49,710 nt of DNA from Candidatus Nomurabacteria bacterium UBA5155 (GTDB lineage: Bacteria > Patescibacteriota > Minisyncoccia > Phycocordibacterales > UBA9973): positions 16,576 through 66,285 of the forward strand of contig DHXN01000008.1 in NCBI GenBank assembly GCA_002413705.1. The letters run 5' to 3'. This document shows, piece after piece, positions 1 through 9,665 of the stretch. How positions within the stretch are numbered: position 1 is the first letter of the stretch; each line of letters opens with the position of its first letter. Below the pieces are notes generated by a model, which worked only from the letters and a program-made list of their open reading frames with translations, was not told the origin of the DNA and did not search any database. The translations under genes and the position numbers were made by a program.

Positions 1-113
1 GCATCCTTGGCCATGCGTTCCTTGGTGCTGCGTCCAAAACGGTAGCCCTTTACTTGTGCTAGGACGTTCTTGCGGCGCTTATTTGCTATGGTTCCTCGTT
101 TTACGCGTGTCAT
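1..113 (-). CDS. rplT: 50S ribosomal protein L20 (5' part; runs off window)
   Basis: Minus strand translates MTRVKRGTIANKRRKNVLAQVKGYRFGRS, the L20 N-terminus; canonical infC-rpmI-rplT order. Confidence 0.95.
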   Translation of the reverse strand, partial: MTRVKRGTIANKRRKNVLAQVKGYRFGRSTKERMAKD

Positions 114-144
114 GGTAGTAGATTAGTTAAATATTATATAAAGA

Positions 145-336
145 TTATCGGTGTGGGATAAATTGTGCAATATCCTTTGCGGTCATTGGGAATGCTTGTC
201 CTTTTTTGCCAGCCAGCTGCTTGGTACGAGACTGTTTGGCATTGAAGTGGTTAAAACCCGGTGTGCGGCCGATAATTTTGCCTGTTTTGGTCAATTTAAG
301 GCGTTTTGTGTATGATTTGTTGGTTTTTGTAGCCAT
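145..336 (-). CDS. rpmI: 50S ribosomal protein L35
   Basis: KTNKSYTKRLKLTKTGKI...NHFNAKQS; 63 aa, basic; lies between infC and rplT. Confidence 0.93.
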   Translation of the reverse strand: MATKTNKSYTKRLKLTKTGKIIGRTPGFNHFNAKQSRTKQLAGKKGQAFPMTAKDIAQFIPHR

Positions 337-354
337 AGTATGGTATTTCTGGAT

Positions 355-870
355 TTATTTTGCATTTTTGTCTCGCTCGATCACAATGGCCAGGCCTTTG
401 GGAGAGCGTTTATGCGGCTCTGCAATCTTATAGTGTTCTGTCACAAAATGCAAGACCCGGTCAAGTCTTTCCTTGAGAAAAGCTTCATCCATACCCTTCG
501 AACGTCCACGAAGGAAAAGTTCGACTTTTATGCGATGACCTTCCTTCAGCCACTTTGAAGCAGTTTTAGCTTTCAGCTCCAGGTCATGGTCTCCAGTACC
601 GACTTTGATTTGAATAGACTTGGTTTCACTGGCTTTGGCGCCGCTTTTGGCTTTTTGTAATTTTTTCTTTTGTTCGTAAAGGTATTTTCCGAATTCAATA
701 ATTTTAGCGATCGGCGGTTTTGATTGCGCGTTGATTTCTACAAGATCCACACCCTGCGCTTCTGCCATCGCAAGCGCTTCTTCAAGAGGAAGAATGCCGA
801 TACTTTCTCCCTCTGCGTCAACGACACGAAGTTCTGACGCGCGTATTTGTTTGTTGATTCGTTCTTTCAA
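355..870 (-). CDS. infC: Translation initiation factor IF-3 (probable TTG start)
   Basis: RINKQIRASELRVVD, DLVEI, PPIAKIIEFGKYLYE, HDLELK, LRGR motifs. Start moved to TTG at 870 because homology begins there and a -10 box lies 7 nt upstream. Confidence 0.95.
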   Translation of the reverse strand: MKERINKQIRASELRVVDAEGESIGILPLEEALAMAEAQGVDLVEINAQSKPPIAKIIEFGKYLYEQKKKLQKAKSGAKASETKSIQIKVGTGDHDLELKAKTASKWLKEGHRIKVELFLRGRSKGMDEAFLKERLDRVLHFVTEHYKIAEPHKRSPKGLAIVIERDKNAK

Positions 871-888
871 AGTATATATAGTAAGATA

Positions 889-1677
889 ATGCCCTTGCAT
901 AATAACGAAAAAAGCAAAAATAGTCAATACAGGGAGGGAGTTTTTCCATTCTGGAAAAACTCCGGTGAGACTCTGGCTGTCATGCTGCGTCGCTTTCGCG
1001 AAGAACACAACTTCAGTGCCGATGACAAGCTAACCTATGCGGGACGTTTGGACCCTATGGCAGAGGGTATTGTGCCTATTCTGTCCGGAATAGCGCGATT
1101 TCACAAAGATCACCTGCTGAACGCTTCAAAAACCTATGAAGTTGTTATATTGCTTGGTTTGAGTACCGATACCGGCGATATGCTTGGACTGCTGACAAAC
1201 AATACTCTAGAAGAGCATCGTTTTGAACGAATTAAAGATGAGCTGATAAAAAACACGATCGAACAACTTCGGTCACTGACAGAGCTCGTGTATCCGCACT
1301 ATTCATCACGACCTGTCGACGGCAAGCCGTTGTTTGTGCATGCGCGTGCCGGCAATGAAGTGAAGCTACCGGTAAAGAAGATCACGATTCATTCATTGGA
1401 AATGATAGGTATAAAAGAAGTGGCACTAAAAGAACTGCTCGCCAATGCCATGGAAGTTATTTCAAAGGTGTATGGAGATTTTCGCCAAGAAGCGATACTG
1501 GAACAGTGGAAAAAAATCCAAGAACAGGATGGAGAGATTGATGTGCAAATAGTGTCTATCCGAACAACGGTATCATCGGGTACCTACATGCGCTCATTGG
1601 CAGAAAAGATGGGGGAGCTGCTGGGAGTGCCGGCACTGGCCTATAGCATTGTCAGGACAGCAGTGGAAGAAAAATAA
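889..1677 (+). CDS. truB: TruB-family tRNA pseudouridine synthase, short (no PUA domain)
   Basis: YAGRLDPMAEG (catalytic Asp motif), KTYEV, TDTGDMLG, YSS..VDGKPLF..AR, SSGTYMRSL; ATG at 889 lies 6 nt after TATAGT. Confidence 0.8.
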   Translation: MPLHNNEKSKNSQYREGVFPFWKNSGETLAVMLRRFREEHNFSADDKLTYAGRLDPMAEGIVPILSGIARFHKDHLLNASKTYEVVILLGLSTDTGDMLGLLTNNTLEEHRFERIKDELIKNTIEQLRSLTELVYPHYSSRPVDGKPLFVHARAGNEVKLPVKKITIHSLEMIGIKEVALKELLANAMEVISKVYGDFRQEAILEQWKKIQEQDGEIDVQIVSIRTTVSSGTYMRSLAEKMGELLGVPALAYSIVRTAVEEK

Positions 1678-1725
1678 GCAAAGAAAAAGCCCGAACGTGT
1701 TAGATTCGGACCTTCTGGTTTTTAC

Positions 1726-2088
1726 TTACACAAGTTTTTGATGAAGAAGAATGCAGTATTCTGTTTCTTCATTGTTGGCCGACAGGCACTGTGGATGACA
1801 ACCATTGTCATCCAGTTTGTTTTTGAAAATAGTGGGCTTATGAACAATTCGTACATGTGACGCGCTACCGCTTGTTTTGTAAGCGATCATAACAGCGCTC
1901 AAACCTGCCGCTCTCATAATGCCGATAGCTAATTTAATAGCATCGTCTCTTAAAAGATTTTGTGTCTGAGTGATTGTTGCGAATTTAATTTGATCAACAT
2001 TGATCAGTCGTCCTCCTTGTATAGATTTTAATAGGGTTGGGCGAATGCTGTCCTGGGACACATTCGCAAGATTTGCTAGTAAGCTCAT
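1726..2088 (-). CDS. Hypothetical protein
   Basis: 120-aa ORF with upstream TTGACT-16-GACAAT promoter-like sequence and AAGGA before the ATG. Confidence 0.6.
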   Translation of the reverse strand: MSLLANLANVSQDSIRPTLLKSIQGGRLINVDQIKFATITQTQNLLRDDAIKLAIGIMRAAGLSAVMIAYKTSGSASHVRIVHKPTIFKNKLDDNGCHPQCLSANNEETEYCILLHQKLV

Positions 2089-2176
2089 AGTTCCTTTGTT
2101 TTTTCACATTGTCTCACTAAAATAGAAAAAGTCAACTTCATCTCGTCTTCATATTAGTAATGGTACTATAGTAGCT

Positions 2177-2704
2177 ATGATGACGATAATTAATGTTTTT
2201 GATACTGCAACCGGATATTTTTTCTCAACTATTCGAACTCCCGGGAGAACGGTTTTTTTTAAACTGATGACAATGATTGGTAACCCAAAGACAGCGGTGA
2301 TCATTTTTATACTTGTGAGTATATTTTTCTTGTACAAAAAACAAAAGAAAGTTCTTGTCGCATTTATTATCACGCTGGGTATTGCTGAAAGTATCACCTA
2401 TGTTGCAAAGATGGTGTTTCATCGGGCTCGACCACTGCACGGTCTGGTGATCGAAACTGATTATTCATTTCCTAGTGGTCATGCCACAGCAGCAATGGCA
2501 CTGTACGGCTTTTTGTTGTTCTATTTGCTGAGAAAAAAAACGATACCTACTCCAATAAAAATACTTGTTTTGGTTCTAGGAGTGGCACTGATACTGCTTA
2601 TTGGTATTAGCAGACTGTATCTCGGTGTTCACTATCTCAGCGATGTTCTTGCCGGCTATGTGGTTGGAGCGATCGGTTTGCTGATAGGAACAACTTTTGT
2701 ATGA
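2177..2704 (+). CDS. PAP2-family membrane phosphatase (undecaprenyl-PP/phospholipid phosphatase-like)
   Basis: K-x6-RP, SFPSGH, SRLYLGVHYLSD motifs; several TM helices. Confidence 0.92.
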   Translation: MMTIINVFDTATGYFFSTIRTPGRTVFFKLMTMIGNPKTAVIIFILVSIFFLYKKQKKVLVAFIITLGIAESITYVAKMVFHRARPLHGLVIETDYSFPSGHATAAMALYGFLLFYLLRKKTIPTPIKILVLVLGVALILLIGISRLYLGVHYLSDVLAGYVVGAIGLLIGTTFV

Positions 2705-3477
2705 AGATAATTAGTTATAATATTTGGGATTTGCCGTTGTGGTTTGTGCGCAATAGAAAAAAGCGATTGCTTGAAATTGGCAACTTGCTAAGCGATCAAC
2801 ATATGGAAATCATATGCTTTCAAGAGTCATGGGATCTTGAACATCGCGCGGCGCTCTCAGCATATCTCAGAGAAAGAGGGTATCATGATGCCATTCATCA
2901 AGCACAGATCAAACGCAACAATGGCGGATTGCTGACATTTTCAACATTTCCCATTACGTCAGTGCGATTTATTCCTTTTGGCAGAAAAGGACTCTCAGTC
3001 AGTGAAGTTATTGGCAATAAAGGAGTGTTGGAAACTATCATACAAACACCGAAAGGGCCGCTCCGCATCTTGAATCTGCATCTTCATCACCAATCAAGCA
3101 AATTTATCAAAACAGAAAAAATACGATTGCAACAGTTGCAGAAACTTTTTAATGATTTGAAACACGAATCACCGCTGCCTACCATTTTGATGGGCGACTT
3201 CAACGAACATGGTATGATGCAAGAGAAATCATATGCCGATCTTTTTGAGAAAGCCGGATTTATTCACCACAACAATGGCACTGAACTCTTGCCAACATAT
3301 CGAACAGAGAACTATTTTGTTAACAATTGGTTAAACCGCGTACCGCAATCACAACGCTATGACTATATTCTGACTAAGGATATAGAAAAAAACGATTTGC
3401 ATTTTAGCGGCTATGCGCCGTGGTACATTGATCCGCCGCTCTCTGACCATGACCCTGTGGTATTAACAGTCTTATAA
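2701..3477 (+). CDS. Endonuclease/exonuclease/phosphatase (sphingomyelinase-like) family protein
   Basis: SYNIW, FQE, NLHL, GDFN, RYDYI, SDH motifs; ATGA overlap with the PAP2 gene. Confidence 0.88.
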   Translation: MKIISYNIWDLPLWFVRNRKKRLLEIGNLLSDQHMEIICFQESWDLEHRAALSAYLRERGYHDAIHQAQIKRNNGGLLTFSTFPITSVRFIPFGRKGLSVSEVIGNKGVLETIIQTPKGPLRILNLHLHHQSSKFIKTEKIRLQQLQKLFNDLKHESPLPTILMGDFNEHGMMQEKSYADLFEKAGFIHHNNGTELLPTYRTENYFVNNWLNRVPQSQRYDYILTKDIEKNDLHFSGYAPWYIDPPLSDHDPVVLTVL

Positions 3478-3484
3478 AAAACGT

Positions 3485-4084
3485 ATGCATCTTCCACTGC
3501 AAGATTTGCTAATACAATTTGGAACTACTCATTTTTATTTGATATATCTGGTTATATTTTTTATAGCCATTTTGGAGGGCCCAATACTGTCAGTGATACT
3601 GGGTATCATCCTGCGATTAAATCACTTCAGTTTTATTTTAGTGTATGTGATATTGATAATGGGTGATCTGACCGGCGATGTTATGTTGTATTACGTCGGC
3701 TATCGTTATGGCGTGTCAGTGATATCAAAAGTTAAAAAATGGTTTGGCTTAACGGAGGAGCGAATAAATAAGGCCAAAGAACTGTTTCATAACCATAAGT
3801 ATAAAATATTGTTCATCTCCAAACTGACCAACGGATTTGGTTTCGCAATCCCGGTTCTTGTTACAGCTGGTATCGTGCGTATTCCATTTTGGAAATTTAT
3901 TCGCACCAATATTGCTGGACAGTTGTTCTGGTCAGCAGGACTGCTGGCATTGGGATATTTTTTTGGAGGATTGTATGACAGTATTCACTCTGTCTTGGGT
4001 AAAAGTTTTCTGATCGGGGCGGTACTTATTATCGGTGTTATTGCGTATCACTACATAAAAGGAGTGAGAAAAAATTTTGAATAA
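3485..4084 (+). CDS. DedA family membrane protein
   Basis: EGP..S, GDLTGDVMLYYVG, FWKFIRTNIAGQLFW pattern. Confidence 0.85.
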   Translation: MHLPLQDLLIQFGTTHFYLIYLVIFFIAILEGPILSVILGIILRLNHFSFILVYVILIMGDLTGDVMLYYVGYRYGVSVISKVKKWFGLTEERINKAKELFHNHKYKILFISKLTNGFGFAIPVLVTAGIVRIPFWKFIRTNIAGQLFWSAGLLALGYFFGGLYDSIHSVLGKSFLIGAVLIIGVIAYHYIKGVRKNFE

Positions 4085-4088
4085 CACT

Positions 4089-4778
4089 ATGATGAAAGCT
4101 TCTATTATTATTCCCGCATACAACGAAGAAGAACGCATTGCTGATGTCATCACATCAGCTTTGATGCAAAACTACCCCTCGTTTGAAATCATCGTTGTGA
4201 ACAATCATTCGACTGATCGCACCAAAGAAATTGCCGTAACATTTCCTGTGACTGTTATTGATGAACAACGAAAGGGATTGCTCTATGCTCGAGAAGCTGG
4301 CAGAAAACAATCGTCGGGAGAGATCATTGCCAATTTGGACGCGGATTGTTTACCAGAAAAAGATTGGTTATTTTCTGGTGCCGCTCATTTTGCTGATGAA
4401 AAAGTAATCGCGGTCAGCGGACCGTATTTGTATCATGATCTTGGTTTATTTGCGCAAAAGTTTTTTCTTTTAACATTTCAATATATATCTCGACCGATGA
4501 ACACGATCATGCAGCTGCCGTTCATCAAACGCGGAGGCGTGCTTGTTGGAGGAAATACGTTCATTCGCGCATCGGTATTAGAAAAGACCAATGGTTATGA
4601 ACAGAGCGATGATTTTTATGGAGAAGACACCAATACTGCCAAGCGTATTTCTCCGCACGGTCGAATTAATTTTGATGCAGATCTTATTATGAAAACATCC
4701 GGACGACGATTTAATAGCGAGGGGTTTATGGCATTGTCTCGCAGATATTTCATAGCATTTTTTACTGCCAGAAAATAA
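4089..4778 (+). CDS. Glycosyltransferase family 2
   Basis: SIIIPAYNEE, VVNNHSTD, DAD, GED, SGRRF motifs. Confidence 0.92.
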   Translation: MMKASIIIPAYNEEERIADVITSALMQNYPSFEIIVVNNHSTDRTKEIAVTFPVTVIDEQRKGLLYAREAGRKQSSGEIIANLDADCLPEKDWLFSGAAHFADEKVIAVSGPYLYHDLGLFAQKFFLLTFQYISRPMNTIMQLPFIKRGGVLVGGNTFIRASVLEKTNGYEQSDDFYGEDTNTAKRISPHGRINFDADLIMKTSGRRFNSEGFMALSRRYFIAFFTARK

Positions 4779-4806
4779 TATATGAGTACATCAAAAGTTC
4801 CCGAGA

Positions 4807-5310
4807 CTACATTGCGTTCAAAAATACCAAACTTCTCTCGATAACGTATTTGTTATACAAAGAAAGTGTTTCTTTTAAAACCTCTAGACGCTCACTGATT
4901 AGTTCAATTGCTTTTTCTTTTGATACCCATACTGTTTCCATTCCTCTTTCCAATTCTTTTTCTGTCAGTTCTTGCAATCCTTTTTCACCAATAACTTTTG
5001 CGGTAAAGCAAAACGAGTCATTGATTCGCTCTCGCTCTTTTCGATACTCCAATATTCTGCCGATGTTTGAAAGTATTTCCACATTGCAACCAATTTCTTC
5101 TTTGCATTCTCGCACGCACGCCTGTTCAAATGTTTCTCCTTCTTCCACCCCACCTCCAGGCAATTCATAATAATTACTCTGTCTAATATATAAAAGTGCA
5201 ATATTGCCATCTTCATCAAAGACAATGACACGAGCCGCTTTTCGTGTCTTATACCCAGCAGCTATTTCTTCCGAAATCTGTTCTTCGTTGAAAATATGTA
5301 GGGGTTTCAT
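4807..5310 (-). CDS. NUDIX hydrolase
   Basis: Nudix box PGGGVEEGETFEQACVRECKEEIG. Confidence 0.92.
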   Translation of the reverse strand: MKPLHIFNEEQISEEIAAGYKTRKAARVIVFDEDGNIALLYIRQSNYYELPGGGVEEGETFEQACVRECKEEIGCNVEILSNIGRILEYRKERERINDSFCFTAKVIGEKGLQELTEKELERGMETVWVSKEKAIELISERLEVLKETLSLYNKYVIERSLVFLNAM

Positions 5311-5368
5311 ATAGGAGAATAGTAGCATGAGCTATAAAAAAAACCTCTTTCGAGGAATTTTTTAGATG

Positions 5369-5757
5369 TGGATATGGGGATATTGAAATCCCGTGTAGAG
5401 AAAGTGAACAAGTAAATCTCCATGCGTAGCACTACTTTTTGTTTAAAGCATAATCTTAAAGTAGTGCGAAATGATTATGTCCCGAGTCTCGACTTATTCG
5501 GCGAATTCCTGAGACAAGGAAGACTACCTATTCTGATGCATGTTGCCGCAATTGTTTTATCAGAAATCAAACATTGCGACACCGGCTTGACCTAAATTAG
5601 GCGAAGATCGGAATGGCACCACCAAATGCTACTGCATAGGGAGATGCCACTTTAGATGAACTTGTTACAGTTATCTGTTGAACGACGGTTGCGGGAGTAC
5701 GTTCATGCCCGGCATGCATACGAGTTCAAGCTTTCACTATCGAAACCTGACATACCC
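5369..5757 (-). ncRNA. ssrA: tmRNA
   Basis: 5' GGGTATG pairs with 3' CATATCC-A and includes the G3.U Ala determinant; TTCGA in the D-like loop; resume context ATAACT followed by a tag ORF at 5668-5597; immediately downstream of smpB. Confidence 0.92.
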
Positions 5758-5761
5758 AAAT

Positions 5762-6208
5762 TTATCTTATAGCCTTAATCTCGCGATCCATATCGCGCTT
5801 ATCAGCTTTTTCTTTCAACGTGTTTCGCTTATCAACTGTTTTTTTACCTTTTGCGATTGCAATGGTCAGCTTGATAAGTGAACCCTTATTATGCAATGAA
5901 ATAGGCACAATAGTCAATCCTTTGGTTTTGAGGATTTTCGCCAGCCCCAGCAGCTCTTTTTTATGCACCAAAAGCTTGCGGGTACGATAGGGGTCGTATG
6001 CAGAGGAGACATTTTTTTCCTGCCAGGCCGGAATATGAGCGCCGAGTAAGACCAGTTCGCCATTCAATAGTGTGACATGACTGCCGTTGAGACTGCCATG
6101 TTGAGCTTTCACGGACTTCACCTCTGTACCCAAAAGCTCGATACCGGTTTCTATCGTGTCTTCGAGTGTGAAATTGAGACCGGCTTTTTTGTTGCGGAGA
6201 TATTCCAT
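5762..6208 (-). CDS. smpB: SsrA-binding protein
   Basis: NKKA, ETGIELLGTEVKS, RTRKLLVHKKE, KGKKTVDKR motifs. Confidence 0.96.
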   Translation of the reverse strand: MEYLRNKKAGLNFTLEDTIETGIELLGTEVKSVKAQHGSLNGSHVTLLNGELVLLGAHIPAWQEKNVSSAYDPYRTRKLLVHKKELLGLAKILKTKGLTIVPISLHNKGSLIKLTIAIAKGKKTVDKRNTLKEKADKRDMDREIKAIR

Positions 6209-6259
6209 ACCAATATCGTAGCATATCTCCGCTCCAGTACGCGTGGTATAATAGCCATT

Positions 6260-8179
6260 ATGCCGAAAAAAGACAAAAACACCGTACCCCCTCAAGAAGG
6301 AAATCCCCAAAAGAAACCAGACCCAAAGAAGCGTTCACTTTCTTCTTATATATTCAGTACACTGCTGATATTTGCTGTGATCATGGTGGTATTCTCACTG
6401 TTCTCTGGAGTTGGCACACCAAAAACAACTACCGTGACACTTTCAGAAGTAGCTCGTCTGGCTGAAGCGGGACAAGTGAAAAGCATTGTCATTACAGACG
6501 AAGATCTGACGGTAACAAAAACTGATGACTCTGTGGTGAAGTCGGTGAAAGAAACTGATGCATCACTGGTGCAAACACTTTCATCATACGGAGTGGACGC
6601 GACTCACCTCAATGCGCTTGATATCAGTGTTTCAACACAGTCTGGATTTATGTATTTCTTGGTGACATTCTTGCCAATCATTTTACCAATTCTTCTTGTA
6701 ATATTCTTCTTCTGGATGCTGACACGTCAGTCCAAAGGAGCAGGTATGCAAGCATTCACATTTGGACAATCCAAAGCGCGTATCACTGACCCTAATGACA
6801 ACACCAATCGTGTCACCTTCAAAGATGTGGCCGGCGCGCGCGAAGCAAAAGAGGAACTGAAAGAAATTGTCGACTTCCTGCGCAATCCAAAAAAGTTTTT
6901 GGAAATCGGCGCGCGTATTCCTAAAGGTGTGCTGTTGACCGGAGCACCGGGAACAGGTAAGACATTGCTTGCTCGTGCGGTAGCCGGAGAGGCAGGTGTG
7001 CCGTTCTATCATTTGTCCGGTTCTGAATTCGTTGAAATGTTTGTCGGTGTCGGTGCGTCTCGCGTGCGTGATCTTTTCAAAATGGCCAAGCGTGCAGCGC
7101 CGGCAATTATTTTTATTGATGAAATTGATGCTGTCGGACGAGTCCGCGGTGGTGGCTATGGAGGCGGCAATGACGAACGAGAACAAACACTCAATCAAAT
7201 CCTGGTTGAAATGGACGGCTTTGAGCCAAATGATAAAGTGATCGTGATGGCAGCGACAAATCGTAATGATGTGTTGGATCCTGCATTGCTTCGTCCGGGT
7301 CGCTTTGACCGTCGAGTGATACTCGACCTGCCTGATCGCCGCGATCGTGAAGAAATTCTCGAAGTGCACTCAACCAAGAAACCGTTCGGCGAAGATGTGA
7401 ATTTGAAAGTGATCGCGGAACGCACACCGGGATTTTCTGGCGCCGACTTGTCATCATTGATGAATGAGGGCGCGATCCTGGCAGCGCGTGAAAACCGCAA
7501 GAAAATTTCTCAGTTTGATCTTATTCGTTCGATTGAAAAAGTGATGATCGGTCCAGAACGCAAGAGTCATTTGTTTACCAAAAAAGAAAAATTGATCACC
7601 GCATATCACGAAGCCGGTCACGCGCTTGTGGCATCAGTATTGCCTGATGCTGATCCGGTGCACAAGATTTCTATCGTGGCGCGCGGACGTGCCGGCGGAT
7701 ACACATTGAAGCTGCCGCTTGAAGAACGAAAGCTTCAGACACGCAAAGAATTTTTGGATGACATTGCCATGAGTCTCGGCGGTTATGCCGCAGAACAAAT
7801 GATCTTTGGCGACGTGACCACTGGTCCTTCAAATGACTTGCAGGTGGCCAGCAGTTTGGCACGCGCCATGGTCACTCGCTGGGGTATGAGTGACAGCATT
7901 GGTCCGGTGGCGCTTGAAAATGACGGCGGACGCGCGATGTTCGGACAGGGCGTGGAAAGCAAAGAATACTCTGAAAAAACCAGCGCATTGATTGACTCCG
8001 AAGTGCAGCGCATCATGAACGAAGCAATGACGCGCGCTCGCGAAGTGCTCACTACTTACAAAAACGTCTTGGAAATCATCACCAAAAAACTGATGGATGT
8101 CGAAACACTTGAACAGCCGGAGTACGAAGCGATTCTTTCTGCGCATGGCATTGAGCTTAAGAAATTAGAGGTTCTCTAG
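6260..8179 (+). CDS. ftsH: ATP-dependent zinc metalloprotease FtsH
   Basis: Two TM helices, Walker [32 protein letters not shown] lies 7 nt after TATAAT. Confidence 0.98.
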   Translation: MPKKDKNTVPPQEGNPQKKPDPKKRSLSSYIFSTLLIFAVIMVVFSLFSGVGTPKTTTVTLSEVARLAEAGQVKSIVITDEDLTVTKTDDSVVKSVKETDASLVQTLSSYGVDATHLNALDISVSTQSGFMYFLVTFLPIILPILLVIFFFWMLTRQSKGAGMQAFTFGQSKARITDPNDNTNRVTFKDVAGAREAKEELKEIVDFLRNPKKFLEIGARIPKGVLLTGAPGTGKTLLARAVAGEAGVPFYHLSGSEFVEMFVGVGASRVRDLFKMAKRAAPAIIFIDEIDAVGRVRGGGYGGGNDEREQTLNQILVEMDGFEPNDKVIVMAATNRNDVLDPALLRPGRFDRRVILDLPDRRDREEILEVHSTKKPFGEDVNLKVIAERTPGFSGADLSSLMNEGAILAARENRKKISQFDLIRSIEKVMIGPERKSHLFTKKEKLITAYHEAGHALVASVLPDADPVHKISIVARGRAGGYTLKLPLEERKLQTRKEFLDDIAMSLGGYAAEQMIFGDVTTGPSNDLQVASSLARAMVTRWGMSDSIGPVALENDGGRAMFGQGVESKEYSEKTSALIDSEVQRIMNEAMTRAREVLTTYKNVLEIITKKLMDVETLEQPEYEAILSAHGIELKKLEVL

Positions 8180-8187
8180 TGTCTAAC

Positions 8188-9294
8188 ATGAAAACATTTT
8201 TTGCAACACTTGTACTCGTGGCGATATGCATTGTTTCTTTGCCGACTACTGTTGCCCATGCCAGCGCGCTGAAGATCGTGCAAAAACCGGTTTCATTTGG
8301 ATACAAAACTGTTGCTAGTACCCGTCCCCGCACTATTGATACGATCATTGTTCATGCCACATATAATCCCACACTGAAAACACAAACATTTGCCGGGGCA
8401 TTTTCAGAATGGAAGGCAAACGCCGTGTCGCCGCACTATGCGATTGATCGCGTCGGAGTGATTTATCAACTGGTGGCAGAAAAAAATATTGCGTATCATG
8501 CCGGTGTCGCCACATTGCCCAATGGTGATACCAATGTGAACACGCGCTCTATCGGCATTGAAATGATCTACAGCAACAAGGACACACCGAGTGCCGCGCA
8601 GTATGCATCATTGCAAGCGTTGATCAAAAATATTCAAAGTCGTTATAACATTGGATACATATTGGGCCATAAACAAATTTCACCAGGACGAAAAGTAGAT
8701 CCATGGAATTTCGACTACACCAAGATCAGTAGCTTGTTCATGCCAGCCACATCAGTTTTTGCACCACCTGTCACACTGAGTACTACAATATTTCAAAGAG
8801 CGATCGCACCGCTGACAATTGCGCAACAGTCAGTCATGCAACAGTACTCATATCGCGCCAGATGTCCTGTTTCGCTTGGTGATTTGCGCGCGATCAATGT
8901 TTCATACCATGACTTCAATGGAGCAGTAGAGCAGGGTACACTGGTGGTACACAAATCAATCGCTCCACAAACCGTTGACGCATTTCAAGCCTTGTTCAAT
9001 CAAAAATTTCCTATTCATAGCATCAGACCAATAGATGAATACCAGGGCATGGATGCGTCATCGGTTGCCGCTGACAACACTTCAGCATTTAACTGTCGCC
9101 CCGTCTCCGGCACCAGTGTCTTGTCTCAGCATGCATACGGTACCGCGATTGATATCAATCCAAAAGAAAATACAAATGTAAAAAACACTCTCACCGCAGC
9201 CGTGGTTTCAATCATGAAAAATTTCGGCTTTCAGTGGGGCGGCAATTGGACTGCCAAGAAGGACTATCAACACTTTTCTACCAACGGGAAATAA
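8188..9294 (+). CDS. Secreted Amidase_2 (N-acetylmuramoyl-L-alanine amidase) fused to an M15 peptidase
   Basis: Signal peptide; IIVHAT, SPHY, AYHAG, NTRSIGIE, GH..I...RKVDP; C-terminal AFNCR, SQHAYGTAIDINP, WGGNW, DYQHF. Confidence 0.9.
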   Translation: MKTFFATLVLVAICIVSLPTTVAHASALKIVQKPVSFGYKTVASTRPRTIDTIIVHATYNPTLKTQTFAGAFSEWKANAVSPHYAIDRVGVIYQLVAEKNIAYHAGVATLPNGDTNVNTRSIGIEMIYSNKDTPSAAQYASLQALIKNIQSRYNIGYILGHKQISPGRKVDPWNFDYTKISSLFMPATSVFAPPVTLSTTIFQRAIAPLTIAQQSVMQQYSYRARCPVSLGDLRAINVSYHDFNGAVEQGTLVVHKSIAPQTVDAFQALFNQKFPIHSIRPIDEYQGMDASSVAADNTSAFNCRPVSGTSVLSQHAYGTAIDINPKENTNVKNTLTAAVVSIMKNFGFQWGGNWTAKKDYQHFSTNGK

Positions 9295-9321
9295 TATATA
9301 CTTAATTAAACCCTTTGTACT

Positions 9322-9591
9322 ATGAAAATTTTGTTCATTTGTCTTTTTGCGCTATTCCTGGGAGTAGGAAGTGTCGCAGCTCAATCAAAAAATCTAACTG
9401 ATTCTTTAGTATTGTCTCCAAAACAAAAAAATAAACCGTATCCTGTGCTAAAAGCGGAAACGCCGCAATTATTTTTTCAACAGGTATTGCTTGAACATAT
9501 TGAGAAAAGGATTCAGAGAAAAATTATAAAATCAATCCAGCAGGAAGATCGTAAAAATTGTATGTCGTATTCGTACGGTATTCGATTTTAG
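9322..9591 (+). CDS. Hypothetical secreted protein
   Basis: N-terminal signal peptide; followed by a terminator. Confidence 0.55.
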   Translation: MKILFICLFALFLGVGSVAAQSKNLTDSLVLSPKQKNKPYPVLKAETPQLFFQQVLLEHIEKRIQRKIIKSIQQEDRKNCMSYSYGIRF

Positions 9592-9612
9592 GATTTTTAT
9601 TTTCAATAAAAC

Positions 9613-9640
9613 AAAAAAGCTACCGCAATGGTAGCTTTTT
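9613..9640. terminator. Bidirectional intrinsic terminator
   Basis: AAAAAGCTACC-GCAAT-GGTAGCTTTTT between convergent genes. Confidence 0.85.
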
Positions 9641-9665
9641 ATATTGCGAATTATTTTTTACGTTT

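Noticed and set aside
847..1008. Long overlapping N-termini of infC and truB in the ORF track (likewise smpB/ftsH, 16957, 37841, 38584)
   Set aside because: These are artefacts of taking the most upstream start codon; homology and -10 boxes support the shorter starts.
6683..8146. Long antisense or alternate-frame ORFs within ftsH (also within ligA, pilB, the DEAD-box gene, and 9558-10106)
   Set aside because: Shadows of well-supported genes, with no motifs or expression signals of their own.
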